Positions 41,255 to 52,230 of a DNA stretch of 64,000 nt are shown here, piece by piece. The notes below the pieces were generated by a model. The model was not told the DNA's origin, searched no databases, and saw nothing but the letters and a program-made list of their open reading frames with translations. The stretch's first letter is position 1. Every line of letters starts with the position of its first letter. The stretch is from Octopus vulgaris (Eukaryota). The position numbers were made by a program, and so were the translations under genes. The stretch lies in NCBI GenBank assembly GCA_951406725.2, contig OX597815.1, positions 168,020,001 through 168,084,000 on the forward strand. Direction: 5' to 3'.

Positions 41255-41844
41255 ATTAATCTTAAAAAAAACAATTCTTTAACCAATCCTTCGAAAGAAA
41301 GAAATCTTCACATATACATTACTATCCGTTATCTATTAGCAAGTTTGCAAACATTCAAATGACGTTTACTTTGTTGCCTAAATATGGATATTTCTTCACT
41401 TATTTTACAATTTTCCGTATGATCGTGTCTAAAATTTACACAACTAAATAACAGCGACTATTTTACATCACCTTTGCTATAAACTTATCTATATATCTAA
41501 TACTACTAGTGGTCGTGACGGAGTAACACCACTTCTTTAGCTCAGTAAGGCTATGCAAAGCATGTTATTGCTGATAACGCCGAAAAGTGAGTTCAGTTTT
41601 ATGGGACACTTTATCCACTCAAAACAAATGCACGCACAGGAACTGCTTGGGCTCTCGAAATCTTTGCATGGCCTTACTGAGCTTAAGAAGTGGTGTTACT
41701 CCGTCACGAGTTGACTTCCGCCACTGGTAGTATTAGATATATAGGTAACTAGCTAATAGATAACGGATAGTAGTGCTTATGTGAAGATTTATTTCTTTCG
41801 GAGGATTGGTTAAAGAATTGTTTTGGTTTTTTTTAAAGATTAAT
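41255..41844. mobile_element. Foldback/MITE-like element with long imperfect inverted arms
   Basis: 41255-41345 pairs with 41748-41844, and 41483-41560 pairs with 41662-41747. Confidence 0.8.
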
Positions 41845-43734
41845 GTAAGTTTGAGGAGTGAACTGATGGTAAATCGGTGGTAAGGATTAAAGACATCTGC
41901 GTCCAAACTTCATAAACAACTTTTGATGCCTGTGTGAATCTCTTTACTTGAGTCGAAAAAGGCATGAGCATTGCACAATGATATATTTTCTCTTCTAAAC
42001 CAAAGGCATATTATGCCAATGAAATTATTAAAGCACCTCTGGATTAGGTAAATCCATATACTGTGCAATAAGTATTATATATATACATATAAGTGTATTT
42101 GCCGGGAGGCTGCGTTTTGGTGTGGTATATATATATATGAACCCGATTGTTGCTTCTAAAGTTGCAATCTGATTTTTCTTTTATGTATATATATGCTCAA
42201 ACAATAACAGACAACAGTATTGCTACAGAAGAAATTTCAAGCCAGTGTGAATGCTGTTCTGTTGAAACACATCCATGTATAAGTTTCAATAAAAGTAACT
42301 AATTCTTTATAGTTATAAGATAGTCATGACGAAAAAAGGAGGGTACGGTTTATCAAAGTGGAAATTTTATAAGCTGAAAGGAAAGATTTTGATTTGACAT
42401 ATAACTGAAATTGTGCAGGCGCGTGACCTGGTGGTCAGAGTATGGCACGTACGATCGCAAGGTCATGGTTTCGATTGCCAAACCGGCAGCTCGTTGTGTT
42501 CTTGAGCAAAACACTTCATTTCATCCTGCTCTGGTCCACCCAGGTGTAAATCGGTAACCCTGCGACAGACTGCCATTCCGCTCAAGGGGAATGGGTTACC
42601 CGCCTAGTCAGCGGGATGACATCATTCGAAGGCTACAACAGTACGAGGAAGGAAGCGCACTGTGACCAGCGGAGTATAACAACATCCAATAGTCTAGTCG
42701 ATAAAGGGATAACTGAGATTAGAAGTTCTTCAAGGCTATCGTCATTTTGAACAGCTTCCGAAAAGAAAAGAAATAGAAATATTGCCGAACTAGTTAATGT
42801 ACAATACAGCTAGCCGTTACTGGCGGGTGAGAATAGCTCGATGTAATATATACCATACGATTTTAGGTGTTTGTCTAGAGACAGACAGACAGACAGACAG
42901 GCCTGCACCAACTACCGGTTGGATCAGGTGTCAGCTGGTTGTTTACTGCACCGTGGTTTCATTGGTGATTAAAATGTGTTTCTTGGCTGCATGAAAAAAA
43001 CTGGCTTCGGCAACACCTGCGATCGTTTAACTGAAATATTTATTATTGCGCTTAAAGGCGGTTGTCGTTGGCCGTTTACAAATAACGATATTAATAATTA
43101 CTGACTAGGAGAGAGATACAACTCTGAGATTACAGAAAGTTATCTGTACAGCAGTCAGTCCAAAACATCTGAAATCCACTGCACTATCTTCGTGGCGACG
43201 GAGGTCCTTGATTGTTCATCCTAGGGGCCGTCTGCATTGGCCGTCTGCGTAAAAAAGGGGAACCGTCAGATGGCAAGAGTGGAGACGCATATCGTTCAGC
43301 TGCTTTTAACACTTCGAAGAGCTTAAGTACCAGAAGCTGTCTTTTACAGGTTGACGCTGATATGTTGCTTAATAAATCAGACACGTGAAACTATTGTGGT
43401 TCGGTCGTGATGTCTGACCGCGTATCGAGTGATTCGATTTCAAATCACCACTACATATTCATAACAGAGCCACGCATTTTCGACCGGAAGTAGAGATGAC
43501 TTTATTAAAGATATGAGAACAAGATAGTGACCTGACAGAATCGTTAGATCATCTGAAAAATACCTTGTGTTACATCTGTTTTTAATATTCTGAATTCAAA
43601 GGCGGCGAGCTGGCAGAATCGTTAGATAAGACGCGTTTTTTTGTTCGAATTTTCAAGTAAGATATAATCGACTTAATCCGTTTGTTTGTCCTCTCTGTGT
43701 TTAGCCCCTTGTGGGTGGTAAAGAAATAGAAATA

Positions 43735-44310
43735 GGTCTTCCACAGAAACATGACATAACCTACACATGCAGTTGCACCTTGGGATTACAAGAACGTTAC
43801 TGTCTCTCTTATTCACCAGATACCCTGTGATAATCTGTTTCTGGGCTGCAAGCGCATAGCCTGCAAAGTGTAATGTGATATAGTAGTCTTGTGTCCAAGA
43901 GAGGCTGCGCTTCGTGTCAATTCTACTACCTTCTTCAAGCTTCCGGGTAATATACCGACACATGGTCTTTTTTAATTCTTTTGTATGCTGAGTGCTTTCC
44001 ATCCAGGTCTTCTCTGATATAAGAAAGCCCAGCTGTTTTGGGGCTGTATAGGAGATCATCAGGAAGAGAGTGTTTTTTGAAGAGTTCACTGCCAACTCGT
44101 ACAATGTTGCTCACTTCACTTTTCAGGACTGTATCATTATATTTATTTTTGCTGCTGTTCTTTAGCAGGTGCTGCCTGGGTGATACTATACGGCATTCGA
44201 AGGTCGTCTGCACTGATCTCTTTTTTGCTAATTGTAATCTTAAAATGTTTTTGAGTTGGATGTATTCCGCAGTCTTCGCTACTGAGTCAGCTACATTTGG
44301 GGACACTCGA
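43735..44310 (-). mobile_element. Decayed R4/Dong-like (RLE-type) non-LTR retroelement fragment
   Basis: Broken ORFs with SLSW...AGYALAAQKQIITGY...CRLC..SVE, typical of the region before the RLE zinc knuckle. Confidence 0.55.
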
Positions 44311-44319
44311 ATTTAGCGA

Positions 44320-44350
<31 letters not shown>

Positions 44351-44568
44351 ATGTATGTATGTATGTATGTATGTATGTATGTATGTATGTATGTATGTAT
44401 GTATGTATGTATGCATGCAGGTATGTATGTATGTATGTATGAATGTGTATTATGTATGTATGCATGCAGGTATGTATGTAAGTATGTATGTATCTATGTA
44501 TGTATGTATGATGAACTTCACTCATTTCACAAGGCAATGGTTGGCCTGTGTTTATTATTGAAAACACT

Positions 44569-44988
44569 GGATCTTTTCGGTTTGAACGGCAGTTTTTAAC
44601 ATAATTTCTAGGTAACTAAAAAATTTTAAACTTCGTACAGTGGTAGAATGTGTTTATAAAACATCTTTTTCTCTTGGCTTTATTGAGAAAATTCTATGGT
44701 TTGTAAGATATTTGTTGGGTTTTTTTCTTCAATTTCTGCAATTTCAACTAATCACTGACGTCTAATGAGGTAAAAAAAACATTCTGTACCGTATGAATAT
44801 GTCCCTCGTTTAAGAAACAGATTGGGTTTATTTACATTTGTGAAGAAAAAAAGATACCCTCCCCACTAACCCTAACCCTAACCCTAAAACAGATTGAAAT
44901 GCAATAGATCGATACTAGGATCATAATTATGGGTGACAATTTCATATGACACCGCTAGAAAAAACTGCCGTTCAAACCGAAAAGATCC
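44569..44988. mobile_element. MITE with 29-bp TIRs and internal (CCCTAA)n, inserted in a SINE-A remnant
   Basis: GGATCTTTTCGGTTTGAACGGCAGTTTTT ... AAAAACTGCCGTTCAAACCGAAAAGATCC; ctaaccctaaccctaaccctaa at 44866-44887. Confidence 0.88.
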
Positions 44989-46298
44989 CAGCTTGCCCAA
45001 TGATCAATCTCTCGCAGTGGGACTGAACTCAAAACCAAATGGTTACAAAGCCGAACTTATTAACCAAACAGCTATGCCTACGCCTATTCCTTAATATTCG
45101 TTTCTAACAACCATACCATATAAAATCCATTGGAACAAGACACGGATTTAATATCACTATTACATCAATTCTTTGACACTAATGTTATTAAACAATTGTA
45201 AATACTTCGCGATTACAAGAATGTCCGCTTTTTTTTTACTTCCTGAAATGTCAAAGTGCGGACATTTTCTTTTTTTCTCCATTTTTGTTTCTTTCCAATG
45301 GAATGTTAATTTTGTTTTCATCTCTCTGACCCGAATAGTCATTTATCAAAATGTTTCAAGGAGAGATTAAAAAACAGTTTTGTAACGTTTACATTTAATG
45401 TGGCCCTATCCTAGAACAGAGAATTTTTCTTAAGCAAGATAAGACACGTTTTTTTTTTTTGTTTCGTTTCGTTTCGTATTTTTTTTTTTGTTCGAATTTT
45501 CAAGTAATATTCATTTAATTATGATATTGTTTAGTAGTTTGGCTGCAAAAGAACTACCGTATGGAGAGTTAAGGTTTAAGCAATGGTGGGAAGAAGAAAG
45601 ATGTTGGAGAAAAGAACAAGGTGAAAATGGATAGGGACTGAGAGAAGAGGTGAAAGCATGAGAAGGGAGAGTGAAGAAGAAGAGGTGAGAGTGTGGGGAG
45701 AGGAGGGTATGGAGTGGGAGGGAGAAGAGTGGGAACGAGAGGGGGAGAAGGCGGGAAGGAAAGAGGAGGGAGTAAGGGAGAGGACGGGAAAGGATGAGGA
45801 GGAGGAGGTGCGGTATAGAGGGAGTATGTGAATGGGAGAAAGAAATAAAAAAGCCAAGAGAAAGAGAGAGAGAATGGAAGGTAGTGAGTTAATGATAAAG
45901 AGTAAGAGAGAAGGAAAGGGAGTAAAGAGGAGAGGGATGAATGGGGGAGAGAGAAAGACAGACAGTCAGAAGCAGAGAGGAGAGAGGCGGGACAAACGTT
46001 ACGAGGCAACGAATCATTAAGTAACCCAGTGAAGAGTTACAGACGACAGGGCTGGCGGAGAGAAAGAGAGTGAGAGAGAGAGATAGAAGGTGAGAGAGAG
46101 AGAGATAAATGGTGAGAGAGACCAAGAAAAAGAGAAAGGGTGGATGAAGAGAATACAGTGAATCATTAAGTGGCCAGGTGAAGAATCACTAATAGCAGAC
46201 GACAGGACTTTGGTGGTGGGAGGGAGAAAGAGAGAGAGGGGGTGAGAGGAAGGTGGTGGTTGGGGAGGAGATATATGACAGAAAACTAAATGGATGGA

Positions 46299-46382
<84 letters not shown>

Positions 46383-47017
46383 AAGAAACACTAAATGATT
46401 GATAAATAATGAGAGGTGAAGGAAGAATTTTTTTAACCGAGAGAAAAAAAAACCTATGATTACGAAAAGATAGAATCAAAGAAAGACAAAAAGAAGGAAG
46501 GAAAGGAATGAGGTATGAAAGATATTCGTTTATGAGGGGATCGTCCGAATTATGAGTTAGTTGCTGTTGTTGTAATGGCGGCGGCGGCGACGGCGGTGGT
46601 AATGGTGGTGGTGGTGGTGTGCAGAAGTTCGTCAGATTTTTACCTGTCTTTGAATGTTTGTTTGCTTTAGTCCTGCTTTCCTTATGAAGCGTAGGCCATC
46701 GACAACTTTTATCCGCTGTTCTTGACTCTGGACCATCTTTTTTTGTTTTGTTTCTTTGTTTTTTTGTCCTCTCCTTCGTTTGTAAGTTTCCGGTTAAGGC
46801 CTTTTCGGATTTTGCTGCATCGAGTCATGTTCCCTCCCCAACTCACTCCCCGATTGAAAACCTTTCTCTTCCGTTCTTGTTGAATCTCAACTGCCATCGA
46901 TACTACTGTAACTTCGATTTTTTTTTTCTAGACAGGAGTATTTACCCTACGAAAACCAATTTTTACCTCTGCGATGAGGTTGTCCATATTATTCTGGCCT
47001 CTAGCCTTTCGCGTGTC

Positions 47018-47275
47018 GGTACTACTTAAGAACAGTGGTCCCGGTGAGCGCACTCGCGTATTCGCGCATCCACGCTAGCTAGTCGTGATTAGTCGATCCT
47101 ACAACGTAAATACAAAGTAAATAAAACACAAAATAAATGATTTTTTTACAGAAAGTAAATAATTTTTGTTAAACAAAGTAAATAAAACACAAAAACACAA
47201 AGGATCGACTAGTCATGACTAGCTAGCGCGGATGCGCGAGTACGCGCACCGGGACCACTGTTCTTAAGTAGTACC
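47018..47275. mobile_element. MITE with ~80-bp GC-rich TIRs; right end re-duplicated at ~47336-47466
   Basis: GGTACTACTTAAGAACAGTGGTCCCGGTG...TAGTCGATCCT / AGGATCGACTAG...CACCGGGACCACTGTTCTTAAGTAGTACC around an A-rich core. Confidence 0.85.
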
Positions 47276-48286
47276 CACGTGTCCAGTAAATGAAGCCCTC
47301 TCTGCTACCATAGCTCTCAGGATGATTGAGGCACACTAGCTAGCGCAGATGCGCGAGTGCGCGCACCGAGACCACTGTTCTTAAGTAGTACCCACGTGTC
47401 CAGTAAATGAAACCCTATCAGGAGTTTGCATTCTGCTAGCATAGCTCTCAGGATGATTGAGGCACCCGGGTGGTGACAACACAACAAGAACTGGACCTTA
47501 TCGAGATGTTTTGGGATATGATTGACCGAAATCTTCATCTTTTTAAAGACCGTCATTTGTCTAATAGATAGCTTAGCATTGTCTATCCTGTTGCAAGCGT
47601 TTAGACCAGGTCTCTGGCTGTCAGGATAACTCAATACCTTGATGTATACCAAGTCTCAAGGCCTGAGAATAACTCGATGCCTTGATGAGTTGTGGTTTAT
47701 TCCTTCTCACTCCGACATTCTCGGAGTGCTCTGTCTAGGTCTTAATCACAGTTCTTCATCATCTGACTAAGCTTTACGTAAAAATATACACACAAACAGA
47801 GAGACTACAGACAGACAAAAACAAAGATAGACAGAAGAGAGAAGAGACAGATAAATGGTTTCTGATTTAGGCACAAGGTCAGTAATTTTGAAGTGAGGGG
47901 TTAGTTCATACCATCGATACCAGTACTTGACTGGTACTTTATTTTGTCGACTCCAAAAAAAACTGAAAGGCAAAAAAGTTGACCTCGGCAGGATTTCGCC
48001 GGTCTGTCGATTCTGTCAGATCGCCGTCCTTAGGAGATAGATAAATACATAGCACACAAAGGCAAGTCGATAAAGTAGATAGATAATTATAGACTGCAAG
48101 ACAGTTTGACTGATGAATGAATAGCTAAAGAGATTTACTATATGACAGAGAGAAGCGCAGCAAATAATAGAATCCAAAGAAATTAGGGATGGTCTACGCT
48201 AGCTGTTAATATGTGTAGACTGTCTAACGTAGTATAAGTTGCTTTGTTGTGGGGTTCCCTTCGTTACACACAGTAGACGTTAAATG

Positions 48287-48345
<59 letters not shown>

Positions 48346-48376
48346 TTACAAGGTTGAAAAGTAACACACGAGTTAC

Positions 48377-48695
48377 TATATATGGAAAAAAAGTCAAGGT
48401 AGAAAATGCTAAAATAAAAAACATTTCAGTACCGGTTTCAGTCATTGAGACTTTTTCAACTGTAAATATGGAAAACAAATAAATTTTGGAAAAATTAAAA
48501 GAAAAGTTTTTTAAAAGAATATTTGCATAGTATTCAAATACTATGCAAATATTCTTTTTAAAAGACTTTTCTTTTAATTTTTCCAAAATTTATTTGTTTT
48601 CCATATTTACAGTTGAAAAAGTCTCAATGACTGAAACCGGTACTGAAATGTTTTTTATAAAATTATTTTAGCATTTTCTACCATGACTTTTTTCC

Positions 48696-48702
<7 letters not shown>
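48377..48702. repeat. ~325-bp near-perfect palindrome (inverted Penelope-like pLTR pair)
   Basis: Arms pair around a 2-nt centre (tatt-ca-aata, 48531-48540); (TA)n lies on both sides. Confidence 0.92.
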
Positions 48703-48741
<39 letters not shown>

Positions 48742-50963
48742 GTGTGTGTATGTATATATGTGTACATATATATATATATATATGATTATATATATGCGTA
48801 TGTGTGTATGTATATATGTACATATATATATATATATATACATATATTATATATATATATACGTATGTGCCAAGCTGTATCGACTTTTGCCTTTCCCTTG
48901 GATAACATCATTGGCGTGGAGAGGGGAGGCTTGTACGCATGGCTGGCTGCTGGTCTTCCATAAGCAACCTTGCCCGGACTTGTGCCTCAGGGGGTAACTT
49001 TCTAGGTGCAATTCCATGGTCATTTGTGACAGAAGGTGTCTCCAATGTGGCGTTGTTAGCTAACTCCACCTACATCGTTTTATTGATTTTGATGAAACTG
49101 CCAGGGTCCGTATTATCGATTTTTTCAGCAATCTAAGTATGTCACGAGGTTTCCAGATATGAAACAACTGATAGCAAACTTCAGCAAACTTGTACTATAT
49201 TTAATAGCTGATCCCAGAAAGCTTTCATCAGAAATTTAGGTCTAGATAACAGGTGTTGAGAGAACATGTTCAGGTATGAATATACTAGCCCTTGTAAAAT
49301 TATCTCTTTATTCTACAGTGGTAAACATAGCTCTGGGTGTTGAACTGCAACTTGTGTACATTTTTTTCAGAGAATTGTTGCTGCAAGAACCAGTCTCCTG
49401 AGCTATAAGCTGACAATGCTGGTATTTTTCACACTATCATCTCTTTGATAATGATTCTGAGAGCGTTATTTCAAGACTACAGTTAATTGCCAAATATATC
49501 CAAATGAAAGAACAAATCTGTAATCCCTTAGAAATATAATACATTTTATTTTTACCCTTTTATCATTCAAATATCTTACTTTTTGTTCACTTTCTTACCT
49601 CTGTATAATAGTGGTTTCAAATTTTGGCACAAGGCCAGCAATTTTGTGGTGTGAGATAAGTCAATTACATCAACCCTAGTGTTCAACTGATACTTATTTT
49701 ATCGACCTCAAAATTATGAAAGGCAAAGTCAACTTTGGCAGAATTTGAACTCAGAACATTAAGATGGATGAAATACCATTAAATGTTTTGTCCAATATGC
49801 TAACAAATTCTGCCAGCTAATCACTCTCTGTTTAATAATCTTTTCTATTATAGGCACGAGGCCTGAAATTTGAAGGAGGGGAATGGTTGATTATATCAAC
49901 CCCAGTACTCAACTGGTACTTAATTTATCAACCCTGAAAGGATAAAAGGTAAAGTCGACCTCAGCAGAATTCGAACTCAGAACGTAGTGACAAGCGAAAT
50001 ACTGCTAAGCATTTTGTCCAGCATGCTAACAATTCTGCCAGCTCGCCAACTTCACTTTCTGTTTAATAATGATGAGACTCAAACTTACAGTCTTATAAAT
50101 AAAACAGAAAAAGAAATGTTTAATTAAAATATATAAGCTGTATAGTTCTTCAAATTTTAAAATCTGATTAGTACTTATGGTTGAGCAGTCCTAACTGACA
50201 CAAACTTCTTAACAGTGATAATACAGCAAGACCATCAGATAAAATAACGGCTTTAATTTTGGTACAAGGCCAGCAATTTTAAGAAAAGGTTTAGTCAATT
50301 ACATCAATCCCAGTGTTTGACTGGTACTTATTTTATCAACTCCAAAAGGATGAAAGGCAGAGTCAACTTCAGTAGAGTTTGAACTCAGAACATACACAGC
50401 AAGAAGAAATGCTAACTCAGCATTTCATTTAATGTGCTAACAATTCTGCCAGTTTGACACTTTATCCTCACAAAAAATAATCCATTCTACTAAAGGCACA
50501 AGGCCTGAAACTCAGAGGAAGGGGACTAGTCTATTACATCAACCCCAGTGTTTCACTGGTACTTAATTTATCGACCCCGAAAGGATGAAAGGCAAAGTTG
50601 ACCTCAGCGGAATTTGAACTCAGAACGTAGTGATGGGTGAAAAACTGCTAAGCACTTTGTCCAGCTTGCTAATGATTCTGCCAGCTTGCTGCCTTATGCT
50701 AGCTTGCCGCCTCACATAAAAAATAATGCCAACCAATTCTTCCACCCCCACCTCATCTCAACTCTGCAGATATTAAACAAAAGCAAAAATATTAACATCA
50801 TAAATAAAACAGAATCAGAAGCAAACTCAGTGGACAGAGAGAACTTGTGAACAAATTCTTTCATAATAACAGTAAATACAAATAAATACTTAAATGGCAA
50901 AACACCCAAAACAAAACTCCTCAACCCTAAAACTGCATTCTAGATCACAATTTTTACTTTTAC

Positions 50964-50969
50964 TTTATT
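50964..50969 (-). promoter_or_regulatory. Candidate polyadenylation signal (AATAAA) for OTC
   Basis: tttatt on + strand, 26 nt after the OTC stop, followed by A/T-rich sequence. Confidence 0.35.
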
Positions 50970-50995
50970 GTTCATTGTAGAATAGCTTTAGAAAA

Positions 50996-51055
50996 TTAGA
51001 AATTTGGTTGTGGATGAACTGGTTGGTAGTCTTTCAGTAAATGATGAATCACAGC
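50996..51055 (-). CDS. OTC: OTC terminal coding exon (equivalent of human exon 10)
   Basis: Long pyrimidine tract then ctttctag|GCTGTG...TTCTAA. Translates AVIHHLLKDYQPVHPQPNF*, resembling the vertebrate OTC C-terminus (AVMVSLLTDYSPQLQKPKF, from memory). Confidence 0.9.
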   Translation of the reverse strand, partial: AVIHHLLKDYQPVHPQPNF

Positions 51056-51820
51056 CTAGAAAGGTAAAAAAGAGAAAAAAGACCAGAGATAAGATGAGCG
51101 CAAAATTAAATGGGTGTTAAGTTATATTCAAGTATGGCGGGAAGAAATGACATGAGGGTGAGTAAAAGGTGTTCATTGGTTTGTTCATTTAACATCCATT
51201 TATCTATGCTAGCATGGGTTGAACAGGATTATACAGGAGACAAGGTGCTTGTCTTGTCATCAACCCTCATCCATTTTCAAGCAAGGCAATATGTTTGCAT
51301 GGCCAGGCATCTTCCCATGGTAGTAGGGAAACAAAGGATGTCATCTGTATGATGATGATGCCAATTACAACTATCACATGATGTCAAGACAAGGAGACAC
51401 AATAAATGAATGAATGAATGAACGAATTAATGAATGAATATGTGTGTATGTATGTATGTATGTATGTATGTGTGTGTGTGTGAGTGTGTATGTGTATGCA
51501 TGCATGTATGTATGTACGTATGTATGTTCACAAATAAGACACAAAAGCATGGTAATTCCCTATGTATGAACTCATATGTATGTAGTGTGGCATTACAGAA
51601 AACTATATACATGATGTCACAGCAAGTTAAGAACAGATATTTGACATCGTAATTAGCCCATATATGTACATGTGACAATTTGCACATTATTTTAAAGTCC
51701 ATTACATCACAATAAACTACAAAATAGGCACAATGCAAGAGAAATAATGAAAGAGAAAGGAAGAAGAGAGAGACAGGGGGAGAGAGAGACAGACAGAGAT
51801 TATGTATAGGTGAGCCATAC

Positions 51821-51958
51821 CATAACAGTCCACTTTCGGTTCTCAGCTTCTTGCCAGACAACGGAATTCTTCCCATAGAATACACTATCAGAGACCTCTT
51901 CTTTGTGTCGTGGAAGACAATGCATAAACACCCAGTCTGCAGCTGCTTCTTTTACTAA
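51821..51958 (-). CDS. OTC: OTC internal exon (138 nt; equivalent of human exon 9)
   Basis: ttttccag|TTAGTA...GTTATG|gtatgg. Translates [46 protein letters not shown], with HCLP and EAENR motifs; overlaps ORF 51800..51988. Confidence 0.97.
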
Positions 51959-52023
51959 CTGGAAAAAGAATTTAGAAATCAGTTTCAAAAACTGAAACTT
52001 TTAAAACAAGAATCTACCTTTTA

Positions 52024-52230
52024 CCATATTTTCTAGCATATAAGTCAAAATAGCATATAATATAAACATATAGTGTAAACATTCAAACATCGTCATTATC
52101 TTTCCTAACTCTGCTGCCTTTTACATGAAACTTTTGGTCCCCCAAAGTCATTTTGGTGTATAAGTCAACATATATTTTTTGACTGTATGTTTTGGTCTGA
52201 AAAATTTAACTTATATACTAGAAAATACGG
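52024..52230. mobile_element. Tc1/mariner/pogo-type MITE in an OTC intron
   Basis: TA|CCATATTTTCTAGCATATAAGT ... ACTTATATACTAGAAAATACGG|TA: ~22-bp TIRs and TA TSD. Confidence 0.8.

Noticed and set aside
51800-51988. 62-aa ORF as a standalone small gene
   Set aside because: It is an OTC exon (51821-51958) plus intronic read-through.
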